Source of the DNA: Nageia nagi
Taxonomy: Eukaryota > Plantae > Pinophyta
DNA length: 64,000 nucleotides
Assembly (NCBI GenBank): GCA_050084985.1
Contig: JBITNC010000001.1
Location: 176,018,001 to 176,082,000 of the forward strand
Direction of reading: 5' to 3'
Part shown: positions 36,000-48,269 of the stretch, in pieces
Numbering within the stretch: position 1 is the first letter of the stretch
Layout: every line of letters begins with the position of its first letter
The notes under the pieces: model-generated
Seen by the model: the letters and a program-made list of their open reading frames with translations, nothing else
What the model was told of the DNA's origin: nothing
Databases searched by the model: none
Program-made: the position numbers and the translations under genes

Positions 36000-38451
36000 C
36001 TATATTATGTAAAAAATGAAATTATGATAGAGAAAAATTTCACCTATTTTTTAGATTCTATAATCCCACACTTGTAACATATGTGGTTTTCTAATTGTAG
36101 AAATTAAATACCAAAAAGGAGCAAGATAAAATTACTAAAAACTTCAAGAAGCATTCACCCAAATAAACATAATATAAGGAATTTTTCAAGGGGAAAAAAT
36201 AAAAAAAAACCCTAATATTTCAAAATGGAAAAAGGCCAAGAAATTACAAGAGAGTAATTTAGAGCTAGAGAGAGATATTACAAGAACTTAGGAGAATTGC
36301 TAGATGAGAATAACAGGAGAGAACATCTCAATAAATAGAGGTGGAGAGAGAGAGTAATAAAGTAACTCCCATGACCTGAACTTGCCATCTTGCAATACAA
36401 GAGGTGTGATTTATAAAAATAACACCCATTCTAGATAAGGAGTTACAAATTAATGTAACTCCCATTCTAGAATCATATCAAATGAGGAAATAAATAATTA
36501 TTCTCATAAAATTCCATAAGAGGACAAAATAGGTGTAGGGATTCCCTTGGAATATGCCTTACACAAAAAAATGAGGATTAAAAAATTATCATCTAACCTA
36601 ATGTGAGAATAATCTCACTAAACTAACCAAGTAAAGGTTACATATTCTAATAATATCTCATAACAGCTATGATTCCTTTCTAGGTTAAGGTGATCATCTA
36701 CTAATCTTGCATTTATATGATCCAATGGTAGATAGGTGTGATTTGTATACTCCATCTATCCACATCATGATTGGAGAGCCTAGGGATAAATAAAATCTCA
36801 TTAATTTCTAGGTGCCTTAAGATCATTGTGGTTTCTTGAGTTAAGTTCCATAAATCCATCCTTGCCCCATGTCCAAGTGTGGAAGTCATAAACTAACCTA
36901 GGGATACCATATTACAATATCCAATGGCCATGTATGGAACATCCCATTAAAGGAGAATAATATTGCATTTACGATTATCAATGTTGGAATCATGTACTAC
37001 AAGTGGCCTTTGAAATTATAAGTATTATTAGCACATAAATACCTATGGCCCATTTATTACATAGAAATAACAAATAAGCACTCATAGAGTCCTACATTCT
37101 ATGTTGGAGGATATTCAAGTGGAATTATATTTAAATATTTCTAATTAAATATAAATCACACCTAGATTAATGGAATATCACTTGAACATACTTGAGGATG
37201 GATGTCACTCTCAAAAGAGAGTAAATCAAATATTCTCATGCACATGTGATATGAGTGGATTGGCCCGATATGTAAACTTCAAAGTACCATATCTTCCTCA
37301 TTTCTAACTAGAAGTAGGTCATATAACCTATCAAAATTATTGGCACGAAGTCCTATATTCATTCTAAGTGTTGAAATATCTATTTCTAGCTTATAGAAGA
37401 TGAAATAATCTTAAAACCAAAAATGAGTGAAACTTTAAAAATCATGGACATTACATTCTCTACCTCAAAGAGAGGAGCACTAATGGAAAGAGGATCATCT
37501 AAATGTTAATATTACATTTTCCAAGGCTAAAATATGCAACACCTCATTTAGGTAGACTAATATTGCATTTACAAATATGATTGCTTTATTTAACATTAAT
37601 ACATTATTATTGATAATTTAAACACTCAACTATACATAATGACTAAATAAAAAGGGCCATTATTCCATAATTAAAGAATTTAACTAAGTCTCTAAGTGGA
37701 ACTTATAATAATTGGCCAAAAATTAAAAAAATAGATAAAATCACACTTAAGCTAATATTCCCATTTATAAGAGGTGAAATGGGGAAAATACCACAAAAAT
37801 AGGGATATTACATAAGATAAATACATGTGTATCCCTACCTATGACAAAGCTGAATATATGCAAGATAAATCTATTGAAGAGTAGCTAGTGACATTTATGT
37901 ACAAATCCCATAATCAATAACAAAAAGGATCTCAGCATGGATGTTAGGTCTCAAGATCTCAACATAGGCATATACATCAATGCACATGCTAGCATTCCAA
38001 TGGAATGAGGTTCACCGCCAAGGATCGATAATACTAAATATTTCAAAATTCTAAGCCAAGCATATGATCACAAAAATGGATGATAAATATTTGGTTGAGT
38101 GGTAACAATATTCAATGTAATCTTGACATACTTTCTTTAGGTTAGACTTACTTACATTTATATCAAGCATGATTTCCACTATTTGACCCCTTGTAAGAAG
38201 GTTGAAGTCATCTCAATGTACCTAACTTAAAAATAAGAATAAAACCTAATAAATATATGACAATAAGGTAAAATATGATTAACAATGATAAAGTGTGATT
38301 AAATATGTATGTAATGATACATGTAAATGGGGCTACATTAGGGGGACCAAATTTAGGTTTCAATATGAAGTCTTGAGTTATGGCTTGTTGGGATATATCA
38401 TTAACAAGGGTAATAATAAATTCATTCCCATGTCTAGAGAACCTAAGGTTG

Positions 38452-39215
38452 TTACTAATTAGAGGCTCACCACTCTTTTGAATGTAAGCTACAAGATTAT
38501 TACTAAATATTTTACCTTTAAGCTAAATGCTTATTGCCTCTAATTGTTTAGTCTATGTAAACTAGTTTTGTCTAATGAAGCAATATTTTAGGTAATGTTC
38601 TGGCTATTTGGGAAGGAATGGAATGGTCCATAACTTTGGAACAAAAGTTGTTATTTATTAAAATTTATTTTGTTAAAGCTTATGATATAATTATATGGTC
38701 CTTCATTACTAATTGGAGGTCCATCACTCTTTTGAATATGAGCTACAAGATTATCACCAAAGATTTAGTCTTAAATATTAGACCCCTACTACCCTTGATT
38801 GTTCAATCTAAGCACACTAGCTTTGCTAAAAGAAAGTATATTTTAGATAGTGTTATGACTATTTGGGAAGAAATGAAATAGTCTAATACTTCAAAGCAAG
38901 AAGTGTTATTTATTAAAATTGATTTTGTTAAACCATATGATAAAATTGAATGGTCCTTCATTACTAATTGGAAGCCCATCACTCTTTTGAATGTGAGTTA
39001 CAATATTATTACTAAAGCTTTAGCCTTAAAGCTTAGACCCTTATTTCCCCTAATTGTTTGGTTTGAGAAAACTAGTTTTGTCTAAAGTAAGTATATTTTA
39101 GATAATGCTTTGGCTATTTAGGAAGGAATGGAATCAGTTCAAAATTTAGAGAAAGAGGAGTTATTTATTATAATTGATTTAGCTAAAACTTATGATAGAA
39201 TTGAATGGTACTTCA
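38452..39215 (+). repeat. Tandem triplication (254/255/255 bp) of an RT segment
   Basis: TTACTAAT at 38452, 38706, 38961 and 39216 delimits three copies of TNWRPITLLN...KIDF.KAYD.IEWSFI. Confidence 0.92.
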
Positions 39216-39957
39216 TTACTAATATGCTTTAGGAACTTAGCTTTGGTTATTATTTCATTAACATTATTTGTATGTTATTTAGAGAAGCTTTGACAATTAT
39301 TACCTTCAATAATAATCAATATGAAGTTTTCCAACTTCGTTACCCTTTTTACCAAGGTTTTCCTTTTGATCCTTCTTTATTAATTTTTTTTGTTGAAGCC
39401 TTTGATATCTTCTTTCTAACAAGTTAGCTCAAGGTCAAATTTGGGGAATATCTCTTCCTAATTTTGATCATCAACTTATTAATGGGTACTTTATTAATGA
39501 TTCCTTCTTGATGACGTGGGAATATGTGCAATCATTTACTTCTTATATAAATTGCTTGGATATGTACTATCTTTCTTCTTGATCTAATATTGAATGGATG
39601 AAAACCTCCTATTATAGATAATCTTAGAAACCTCTCCTTGAGTGGTTGTTACACACTTGTTGGATTTAGATTCAACCTAGTGAAGTTTTCAAATTCTTGG
39701 ACATCCCCTTTTCTTTTCAAGCATCATCAACTCAACTTGGGCAAAATGATGTTCAAAAAGTAGAGAATAAGTTTCCTTTTTTATCCTCTAAGAAGCTTTA
39801 TTTAGCTGATAAATACCAAATTTCTTCTAAAATTCTAGCTTATACTCATGTTTATTACTCATATTATTAGGTCACATCCATATCTTACTATATAAGAAGC
39901 TTGAGAAGTTGCTTAGAGACTTTCTCTAGGTCAAAGATGTTTTCACAAGAGGCTTCT

Positions 39958-40727
39958 TATATGATAAAAAAATGTAAATAGTAGTAATAAATAATCTAAA
40001 TTCCTACTTGGATTGAAATGACCAAAGATAAATGATAGAGGAAATATATGATATTCAATGAATAACAAATCAATTCCTATTAAGGTAAGAATTCATAGAC
40101 TTACGTATGATACTTACCTATTACATATAAAATGAAGCAAGACATGAATGACTAATGATAAGATAGAGACATCACAAAAATTACATATTATTGATATTTC
40201 AGAAAAGGACCTTTGTTGATCATCAATGAGTGATAATTAATCCTCCATAGTCTCCATTGATCCTCAACAGATCATTGTTAATCCTTAATGGGTTGCAATC
40301 AACCCTAGTTTGGGTGCCTTACACATCAAGATTGAGTTCAATGCTTGATTCATCTTCTTATATGTTAAAAATATTCATAATAACATGATAATAGCTTGTA
40401 TAATATAAATAGAGTATCCAAATTCCAATCTTAATAAGGTACTGTCTGAGAGGGAATATGCCACTATCAAGATCATAATAAGTTACCAAATATGGCTTTA
40501 TAGTAGACTTATGTGCATATGGGGCTTATCAAGTACTCCATAATGTAACCCACTCCTTGGTTTGACACCCATACCTTAGGCCAAGCATTAGGTACAAAAT
40601 ATAATAGACATTAGTATACTATTATATTGATAGCAATGAAATAACACCAAGCAACATGATAATTTCTTAGTATTTATTTATTTTAATTTGTTATATAAAT
40701 TAAGTAAACTTAATTTATCTAACTACA
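39958..40727. mobile_element. Solo-LTR-like insertion (770 bp) in LINE ORF2
   Basis: TA(TG)...ACTACA ends. TSD CTTCT (39953-57) / CTTCC (40728-32). Removing it restores the frame LEKLLRDFL[W]VKDVFTRGFHRVA[W]DI..KSYGRMGL. Confidence 0.8.
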
Positions 40728-42691
40728 CTTCCATAGAGTAGCATAGGATATTTATTACCTTATTAAATCCTATGGTAGAATGGGTTTATTTTATTATCAA
40801 AACTATTTTCCCTTAGGTTCTATATGGATTTTTTTGAGATTTAACAAGCGATAAGCAATGAAAAATCCTCATAAGATGTTACCTCTCTAGGGGTTTACCT
40901 TAGGGTAAGAAAGTTTAGCAAGGTCTTAGATTGCAGACTATTCTTACAACATTGATTACCATCAAAATCCTCAACTCTTTTTTCATAAAGAATATATAGA
41001 AATCTTGGGAGGCTATAAAGCCATGACTCCCTTATAAAGGCTTAGATTTTCAAGTAGGAGCCTTCCTTTTTACTATTAATATTTGGTGATATCATGTTAT
41101 CATGTATCAAGGTCAACCCCTTTACCAAGGGTAGTGGATAAGAGCTAATCACTTCATTAGAAAGGGAATTGCTTGAATTTTAAATCTTTACTCCATTCAT
41201 ACTAGGAATTGGAACCCATAGGACTCTTTCAAGTAGTTTTATAAATTAATATATGAAGATAAAGCTACTTCTAATATAGTTATTTAAAAATTCCTTTTTC
41301 TATATGGTGTAAATTATCCAAGTATTTTCAAAGGCCTTTATGGGTTGATTAGTTTTGGCCTAAGAATGTGCCTTTGTTACATTATAAGGATCATCTTGGT
41401 TATAATTGGCTATTCCCTCATGTTTCGATGGCTATATCTCTCAATGAAAAATAAGATTTAATCTCCTCACCTTCTATGTGGAGTATCCAATTTAATATAG
41501 CTTAGGCCCCTTATATATAACCTAAGTAAGCTTTCTTTCCATAAAGTTTAATTCATTAATGATTATTTTTAAGGCATCATTTGAAATACCTTGGTGTTGA
41601 AAAACCTACGTATGCTTTTTTATGGTGAACTTAAATATTTTATTCATTTTTTTTTGGAATTGTAGACAAGCTAAGCTTGCACAGAAATGGATCCTTTCTT
41701 TCTTTAGACCTTTAATGTTCAACTCCTTTTCCTAATCTAATGCTATTCCAAGTGATCCCATTGATTTTTCATAATGCCTTAATTTTGTATATAATATTTT
41801 TATAATTAGTACTATTTTCTACCCTTGGAAGTATTGTAATAAAGTAATGTTTACCCAATAAGATGCTTCTAATTCTTTTTCTCTTATTAATTAATATAAT
41901 ATTCTTTATAACTATTGATTGTAGATCATTATTCAAGTAGAAAAAGTCAATGTGGAGTTGCAACATCATAGGAATTTAATGGATCATTGGGGGGATGCTC
42001 CTTGTACTATGAGAAGGGCCCCCCCAAATCAACCATCCAAGGGACATTATAGGTCACACTCCCATTCTCAACAAATGTTGTATTCTTGACCTTTAAATCT
42101 ACCTATAGAAAGGCATTCATCCTAACCTTCCCCTAGTAGGAAGAACCCCATTGCTCATGGAGAGAGTCCTTCCTGCCATATCTCTAGTTGGGATGTTTCA
42201 CCTATAACTTTTGAATTTGTTATTGGATGAGGTAATACTACCATTGCTCCCATGAGTGATTAGGATAATTTCCCAACATCTTCTTCTAGTGATTGGGACT
42301 ATGTGCATGTTGAAGATAATTTCCAACCTAATCCATATGGCTTCAATAATATATAATGATGAATAGTTAGTTATTGCTCCTTAATTTTGATGAATGGTTT
42401 TTACCTTACTTAGTATTTGGCATCTATATTAATGATTTTTACCTTAACTATTGGGTTAGTGTGCTTTTTTGGGGTGTGTTAATCCCACCCACCCTTTTTG
42501 TATAGAATAATTTTTTAATATAATTGACTCTTGTATTTAAAAAAATAACTTGCATTTTTATTTAAGTGATTTATAATTTTATGCATATACCAACCATTGA
42601 TTTATTTTTTATAATTATGTATGAATTTATATATTATTTTCATTAATTTTTATTTAATTTTAAGAAAATATCTACTCAATTAGTTGTCTTA

Positions 42692-44704
42692 TTTTTTTTT
42701 ATTAATTTGGAAGATGGATTTTTAAAGGAATCTTAACCTTTTACAAAAGTTCTCTCAAAATAAGAATTAAGCTTAAGAACAAGATAGGGAGCCTTGTGCC
42801 ACCTAATTCTCCAAAGAAATCACAAAACACCAAATCCAGCTCCACTATATCCAACCAATATAAAGACACACTAAAAAAGAAAACCAAGGCTTCATTGTAG
42901 CCATATAAAATACTTTGAGTGATAATTTGAGTAACCACCCAAACATATATTACTTTTTTATTTCATCCACCAAGGCCTTGAATATTTTCTTATAGGGTAT
43001 TTTTCATCTTGAGTTTCACTTCCAACATCCTAAGGATAGTTCCTTTGTCAAAGATGGTCATATGAGTGGCTTTTATAGGGGTGCATTCTACATATCCTCA
43101 TTGTTCTCCATTGGTTAGTATAGGTCACCTTCTTCTTCTAGAGTTGTGTTTCCTTTTAGATAACTAATAGGAGTCACCTTAATATCCTCACCTCCCACTG
43201 ATAGAGTTTTATTACCCTCTTCCTCCTTTATCTCCTCCTCTACCTCCAAATATTATGAGATAATCTCCTCCATATACATCATCTCCTTACCATATTTCCT
43301 CTAATTAGAGCCCTTCCTAGGTTTTGGAGTCTAATTAAGGTCCTCCCTCTTCATGGTTTTTGTTGACCTAGAGCTAAGCATAGGTTCAAATTGAGTGAAT
43401 TATAAAATCAACATTATCCTAGATGTTTCTTTGATGTATAAAGTACTTAAAAATCATCCTTATCAAACCTTGATAGATCGATGCCTCACACCTTTGCTTC
43501 TAGATGTCCTCTATTATTTTGTTTAACTTGACATACAAGATGGGATATTTTTCTTCAAGCCAAAAAGATGATCAATCAAACCAAAATGAAAGTTACTGAG
43601 CTAATATTCAAAGGTATAAAGTACTTAAAAATAATCTTTATCAAACCTTGATGGATCGATGCCTCACACCTTCACCTTACATGTCCTTTGTTATTTTATC
43701 TAACTTGACATATAGGAAAGATGGGATATTTATATTCAAGCCATGAAGATGATTAATCAAACCAAAATGATAGCTATAGAGCCAATATTCAAAGGTATCC
43801 ATGGCTTTAGTATAGAATCTCAAGGAATACCTTTTTTTCATGGGGTAGAGGAGACTCACTTGTCCCAAACTTAATAAGATCCATCTTGAAATTATGATTG
43901 TATATATGAACTAACTTCCTATCCACTAATAGACTAGTAACTTGGGTAATATAGGCTTGATTCACCTTAAACATGAGCAAAATGATCTTCACTAATCCTC
44001 CACTTCAACTTGTAGCAAATTAATAAGAGAGTCCATCATCATGCCCATCAATGTTTTCTAAAAACTCTAAGAGCCCACCCTATCCCAAAACATTCCATAC
44101 TTATACTAACACTACTAAGATTTCAAGCTCAAGGTAGGGCTCCATGAGTGCATCACATGTTCTATTCAAAGTTATATTCACCATAAGATGAAAACCAATA
44201 GATTTCACTACATACCTATCATACATGTAGCCATTATTAATATAACATATTGGCTTACCTTGATTTGACAACTAATTGTGATAGGTCATGAAAAACCCAT
44301 GATTGATTCTCAAATCTTGCTTATTGCATGGATGATAACTACAAGGGGTTTGATGGGTCATCATATGCCTTCCATGTATCCACCCTTTCCTTACTTCCCT
44401 AATTGGCATGAAGGGGTGATAAATAAGGCATCCTCTCTCAATCCCATCCACACTATGGACAACTAGATTGACTTTTTGATTACTCCTTAGGAAGGGCCAT
44501 GCCATCATGGTAACTTTGGCCTTTAGTGAGTTGGGGGCTTTTAGATAGCACCAACTACCACATCACCTTGACCTCCCTATCTCACTCCATGGGTCCCTCC
44601 TTCCACTTACATAGAACCTAAAAGTCCTCATTAGCCTTAGATAAACTTCTAAAAATATTTGTTACTTCCATGCCATCACCTTCTCCTTTTTTCACCTACT
44701 GAAA
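42692..44704 (-). mobile_element. 5'-truncated LINE-type retroposon carrying ORF3 (~44146-42900), copy 2
   Basis: Poly(A) seen as T9 at 42692-42700. TSD TAGTTGTCTTATT (42681-93) / TAGTTATCTCATT (44706-18). Frame VWNVLG.GGLLEFLENIDGHDDGLSY.FATS.SGGLVKIILLMFKVNQAYITQVTSL...YHFGLINHL...IH.GLIKIIF. Contains a ~178-bp tandem duplication (43441/43619). Confidence 0.78.
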
Positions 44705-47141
44705 CTAGTTATCTCATTATACATAGAAATTTATAATTTTATTTAAATTATTTTTATAATAGTATTGAATGAATAATTTATAATATCTTCAAAAAATATG
44801 ATAAAATATATATCATGTATATATTTAAAAGATTATTTTCAACAAAATTAAGATTCTTAATAAAATTATTAAGCTTATTTTGATTATCTTGGTTTAATGA
44901 TTCATTGTAATTACAAATATCCTTATAGGTTTATCTAATGTATTTGTATAACATAAATTCAATGGTATGAAATAAATTAAAATATTATTTATTATTATTA
45001 TTCATATAAAATAGTATTTTTTAAAGTGATTTGTGTCATTATGTTCAAAAGATACTAATAAAGCCAATTATGTGAAAGTGAAGTTAGCATAACTTCCTTT
45101 AATTTTTTCTCTCTTTCCTTTATCTGTTACCTATATTCTTCCATTTTCCAAAGAAAAAAAATGAAAGAAAATCTAAATGCATAAACAATTTCATTATTTG
45201 TATACATTGAAAATAAGCTATTAATACAAATAAACTACAATAAAAAGTGATGACAACCAAAAGGTACAAACATATATCAACCTTTTAGTTAGTCTTATCT
45301 CTCATACTTTAAAACATCAATTTCATTTAAGCTATTTATAGCTTGTATATAAATCATCCATTTATTTGATTTTTGTAATAGTAGTAAAATATTTTAATTG
45401 ATTTGTGCTTTTAGCATCAATAATATATAATAACCATTCACTTTCTTATTATTTATATTATACTTGCAACTATATTGAAGTGACTTATATGATATTGTAT
45501 GGTATATTATTTATTCAATTCCTAAGATGAAGTCAATTGGTATGCACATGAAACATTCCATATGCTAATTTTTTTAATGGACTAAAAAAAGTTTTCACTA
45601 TTTAATTAAAAAATATGTTTGAATCTTTTTTTGGTCAAGGATATATAAAGAAATAATTATTTAAATGATTTGGACCATAATTTTCTTTTCACTATATTGT
45701 AATTTTAAAATTTATAAAATGATTAAAAAAATACTAAAATATGAAACAATCAACAAGCCAAACCTTAAAGGAGGTTCATGGCCAACCTTTAAATTTTTCA
45801 CAAGATAACTATATTATTTGCTAAATACATGAAACCCATCCACACATTAAATTATTATAGTTGGAAGAATACATGAACCAATGTTTCATATAAAACAAGA
45901 ATAATATTTCATATAAAACAATAATAATATCATAGAAAGTGGTTAGTATAGATTCAAAATGGGTGGAATAATGAGACATGTACAATTTTTCAATATAAAA
46001 GGTTTGCTCTTTCAACTATTTTTAATTCATTTTAATTATGTTAACATTATAGCTGTTACAATTATCAAAGTTTAAGTGTTTTGTCAATTTCACATGTTTA
46101 GATAAAGATGATTTGTTCATAGTTTAAATGGTGCTTCTCTAAATTGATCAGATTAGGACTCTTAATCCTTAAGCATACAGGTGATGTGAATCTACCTTAA
46201 GGTAAATATCTATGTGAATCTTTTTACTATAAAATTTATTGGCCAAGAAACCATCCTTCTCATAAGATCTAATGTGAATTTAATATAATATTATTTGATA
46301 ACAAACTAATTGAAGAATTCATCCACTCTTTTCTTTGAATGTGCCTAATTAACATCGTTGTAATCAACATTTTCATTCACTTAGATTTCATATTGTTTGA
46401 ATTGATGGCTTCCTTTCCAAAAACATTGATAAAATAGTTATGCTAGAGAGGAGATTGGCAAACCTATTGCTACTTCTATGTGTTCAAAAAGTTTCAATAC
46501 AAAACAAACAAGGTGATTTCAAGATATAGAACAACCTATTTTGTTGTGCTTCTAAAATCCCTTTTATATGAATGCTAGAGTATATGAACATTAGTAGTCC
46601 TCACATCATTTAATGAGAAAATATATCGAAATTAATATGTAATGTAATTATAAGTGTAAGTTTCATTAATGTAATTTTAGTTTTTTTCATCACAAAATTA
46701 AGAGAAAAGCCATAATTATACTACAATAACAAAACATTCAATAAAAGATCAATCAAATTAAAATTATAGAATACCTATAGTATAAGGGTAAATCAAATAA
46801 ACATATACCTCTTGAATCTTTCTGCATAACACATGAGTTCTATTGAGATGCATCTTTGTATTCAATTTTAAAAGTAATATTGGATACAAGGATTATATAC
46901 ATAAGTTTATATATATGTTCAGAATATACAATTGTTATGTTTAGAAATTTTTTAAGATTGCTTTCAATTTTTAAAGCAATGTAAGTAAAATTATGTAACA
47001 TAAAACTTCACATATTAGAACATTACCTTTTAATTTGAGGAATGACCATTTTAAATAGCAAAGCTCAAAGCCTATAGAATTTTTGTCAATCTCATCTCTC
47101 TATAATTCACCACAAAGAAAAATATATATAAAAAATCTCAT

Positions 47142-48030
47142 TCACTTAAACAAGTCTGCCTCATCCAATATATTTAGGATTTGTTTGCATGCTTTGTCAT
47201 AAGAGGGCCAAATGGATAGTCTTCCATTTAGATCATAATGGCACCTCCTTGCTTTAAATTGTAATATGTGACCTGGTTCATTCTACCATTAAACAAAGAA
47301 TTGGTGACATCAGAACATAGAAACAAAGGGTGCCCATTTACAAAAAATTTAATCTCTCCCACTATTGGTTCAGCATGTGGGAACCCTTCACTAAGTAATG
47401 AAACAAACCTCAAATTTCATAGTAGATTGACCAAATGAATATGATATGCTATTTACTATATAGTTTCATGTTATATAGTTTGCATATACATCAATATTTA
47501 GGGATATGGTGATTTTTCTTAATACATAGTTGGTGTGAAAAAAATCCTTATCTAGCCAAGGGGGAATGAAACCATGTGATATGTGTAGCTTGATGTAATC
47601 AAGGATAAAAATATAATCATTCTCTAGTTTTATAAAAAATTGAAGATAATGTAAGAGATTTGGTGAAATCTATTTTCCTAGTTCAATCCATGTTGTCCTT
47701 AAGTACACTAAGTAGATTTCTTTCTTAATCTTTATGCTCATATTTCTGGTAGAAGGATTAGAGGTCCTATATGGGCATTTGAGAGAGTCATTCGATACCT
47801 AGGCCTATGGATTATATGAGAGAGGTGGTTTTTGAGTACAAAAAATAATAATTACCTTTACATGCAACTTGTATTGAGGATTTGAGTGCTAAGAGAGGGT
47901 ATCTCTCACTAGAATAAAAAATGCCTTTAGTGGAGGCCAATTTGAGGTAGCTTTGGGGGTAGTCATTAACTGCTCCTATATGTGCTTTTGGTGGCAAGTT
48001 TTATAGGGTATTTTTAACCCTCCATCATAA
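47142..48030 (-). pseudogene. Degenerate ~300-codon ORF of unknown family
   Basis: LPPKAHIGAVNDYPQSYLKLASTKGIFYSSERYPLLALKSS...YEHKD.ERNLLSVLKDNMD.TRKIDFTKSL...LRFVSLLSEGFPHAEPIVGEIKFFVNGHPLFLCSDV...YDLNGRLSIWPSYDKACKQILNILDEADLFK*. Needs about two frameshifts. Confidence 0.5.
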
Positions 48031-48269
48031 ATCATAAAGTGATGGGTAGAAATAACCCATCCATCTCACAAAAAATAAAATAAGAAAGGATTTTGTGGAA
48101 TTATGCAAGCTATTTCATTTTGAAGGGGGTAGACCTAGGATTATTACAGGCATTTGGAGAGAGGGGAGACGAGGAGAGGAGAGGAGGAGAGGGAGGAGAG
48201 TTAGGAGAGGATGAGATGGATGAGGAAAGGAGAGGTCTAGAGAGGCTTTATAATATAAGGGAAAGGTAC

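Larger units (their letters stand above)
28277..36091 (-). mobile_element. Full-length degenerate L1-clade LINE with ORF1, ORF2 and an extra ORF3
   Basis: Tail ...TAATATAATTTACCCTTTATTATCAAAAAA at 28278-28308. TSD TAATTTTAGAAAT (28264-76) / TAATTGTAGAAAT (36092-104). Domains listed separately. Confidence 0.92.
28213..36652 (-). mobile_element. Solo LTR C (~610 bp: 28213-28276 + 36105-36652), split by a LINE
   Basis: Termini TGATAGAA...TTCTAATA (degenerate TG..CA inverted ends). TSD ATATT (28208-12) / ATATC (36653-57). The uninterrupted site CAAC-ATATC-TCATAA is in the other B LTR at ~21713. TATAAAT on the minus strand at ~36410. Confidence 0.8.
20951..37455 (-). mobile_element. Element B: related non-autonomous LTR element inserted in the 5' LTR of A (3' LTR 20951-22548; 5' LTR 27444-28212 + 36653-37455)
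   Basis: Termini TATGATGAG...GACATTACA on both LTRs. PPT-like tract at 22549-22560. PBS-Met at 27430-27442 and again at 25796-25808. TSD TGCTC (20946-50) / TTCTC (37456-60). Empty site TGCTCTACCTCAAAG at ~52355. Confidence 0.88.
15680..37812 (-). mobile_element. Element A: non-autonomous LTR retrotransposon (3' LTR 15680-17097; internal 17098-19869; 5' LTR 19870-20950 + 37456-37812)
   Basis: TGTGATGA...CATTACA termini on both LTRs. PPT GGGAGGGGAGGACT next to 17097. PBS-Met (GGCTCTAATACCA, 19856-19868). TSD TAAAA (15675-79) / TAAGA (37813-17), with TAAGA in the paralog (51536-40). No gag/RT/IN motifs recognised in the 2.8-kb interior. Confidence 0.9.
15451..38337 (-). mobile_element. Element Z: 5' LTR (15465-15679 + 37818-38337, ~735 bp) and PBS of a Ty3/gypsy Tat-like element, split by element A
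   Basis: Minus strand starts TGTAGCCCC (38337) and ends ...ATATCAACA (15465), then TTT-TGGTGCCCACC (15461-15451), resembling a TGGCGCCCAC PBS. Paralogous boundary at 51326. No partner LTR or TSD seen. Confidence 0.55.
38366..42546 (+). mobile_element. 5'-truncated degenerate L1-clade LINE (RT to zf-RVT to 3' tail)
   Basis: NW(R/K)PITLLNVSY.IITKAL, KIDFVKPYDKIEW, F(I)NDS (YADD-like, ~39490), KFLDIPF, FFWNCRQAK (~41650). A-rich tail TAATATAATTGACTCTTGTATTTAAAAAAA ending at ~42546. No TSD identified. Confidence 0.85.

Noticed and set aside
37828-38337. Independent solo LTR TGTATCCC...GGGGCTACA
   Set aside because: Flanks ACATG/TTAGG are not a TSD; better explained as part of LTR Z continuing from 15465-15679.
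38338-38360. PPT making LTR Z a shared LTR of a giant tandem element
   Set aside because: The minus-strand sequence before the LTR is pyrimidine-rich (GTCCCCCTAA), not a polypurine tract.
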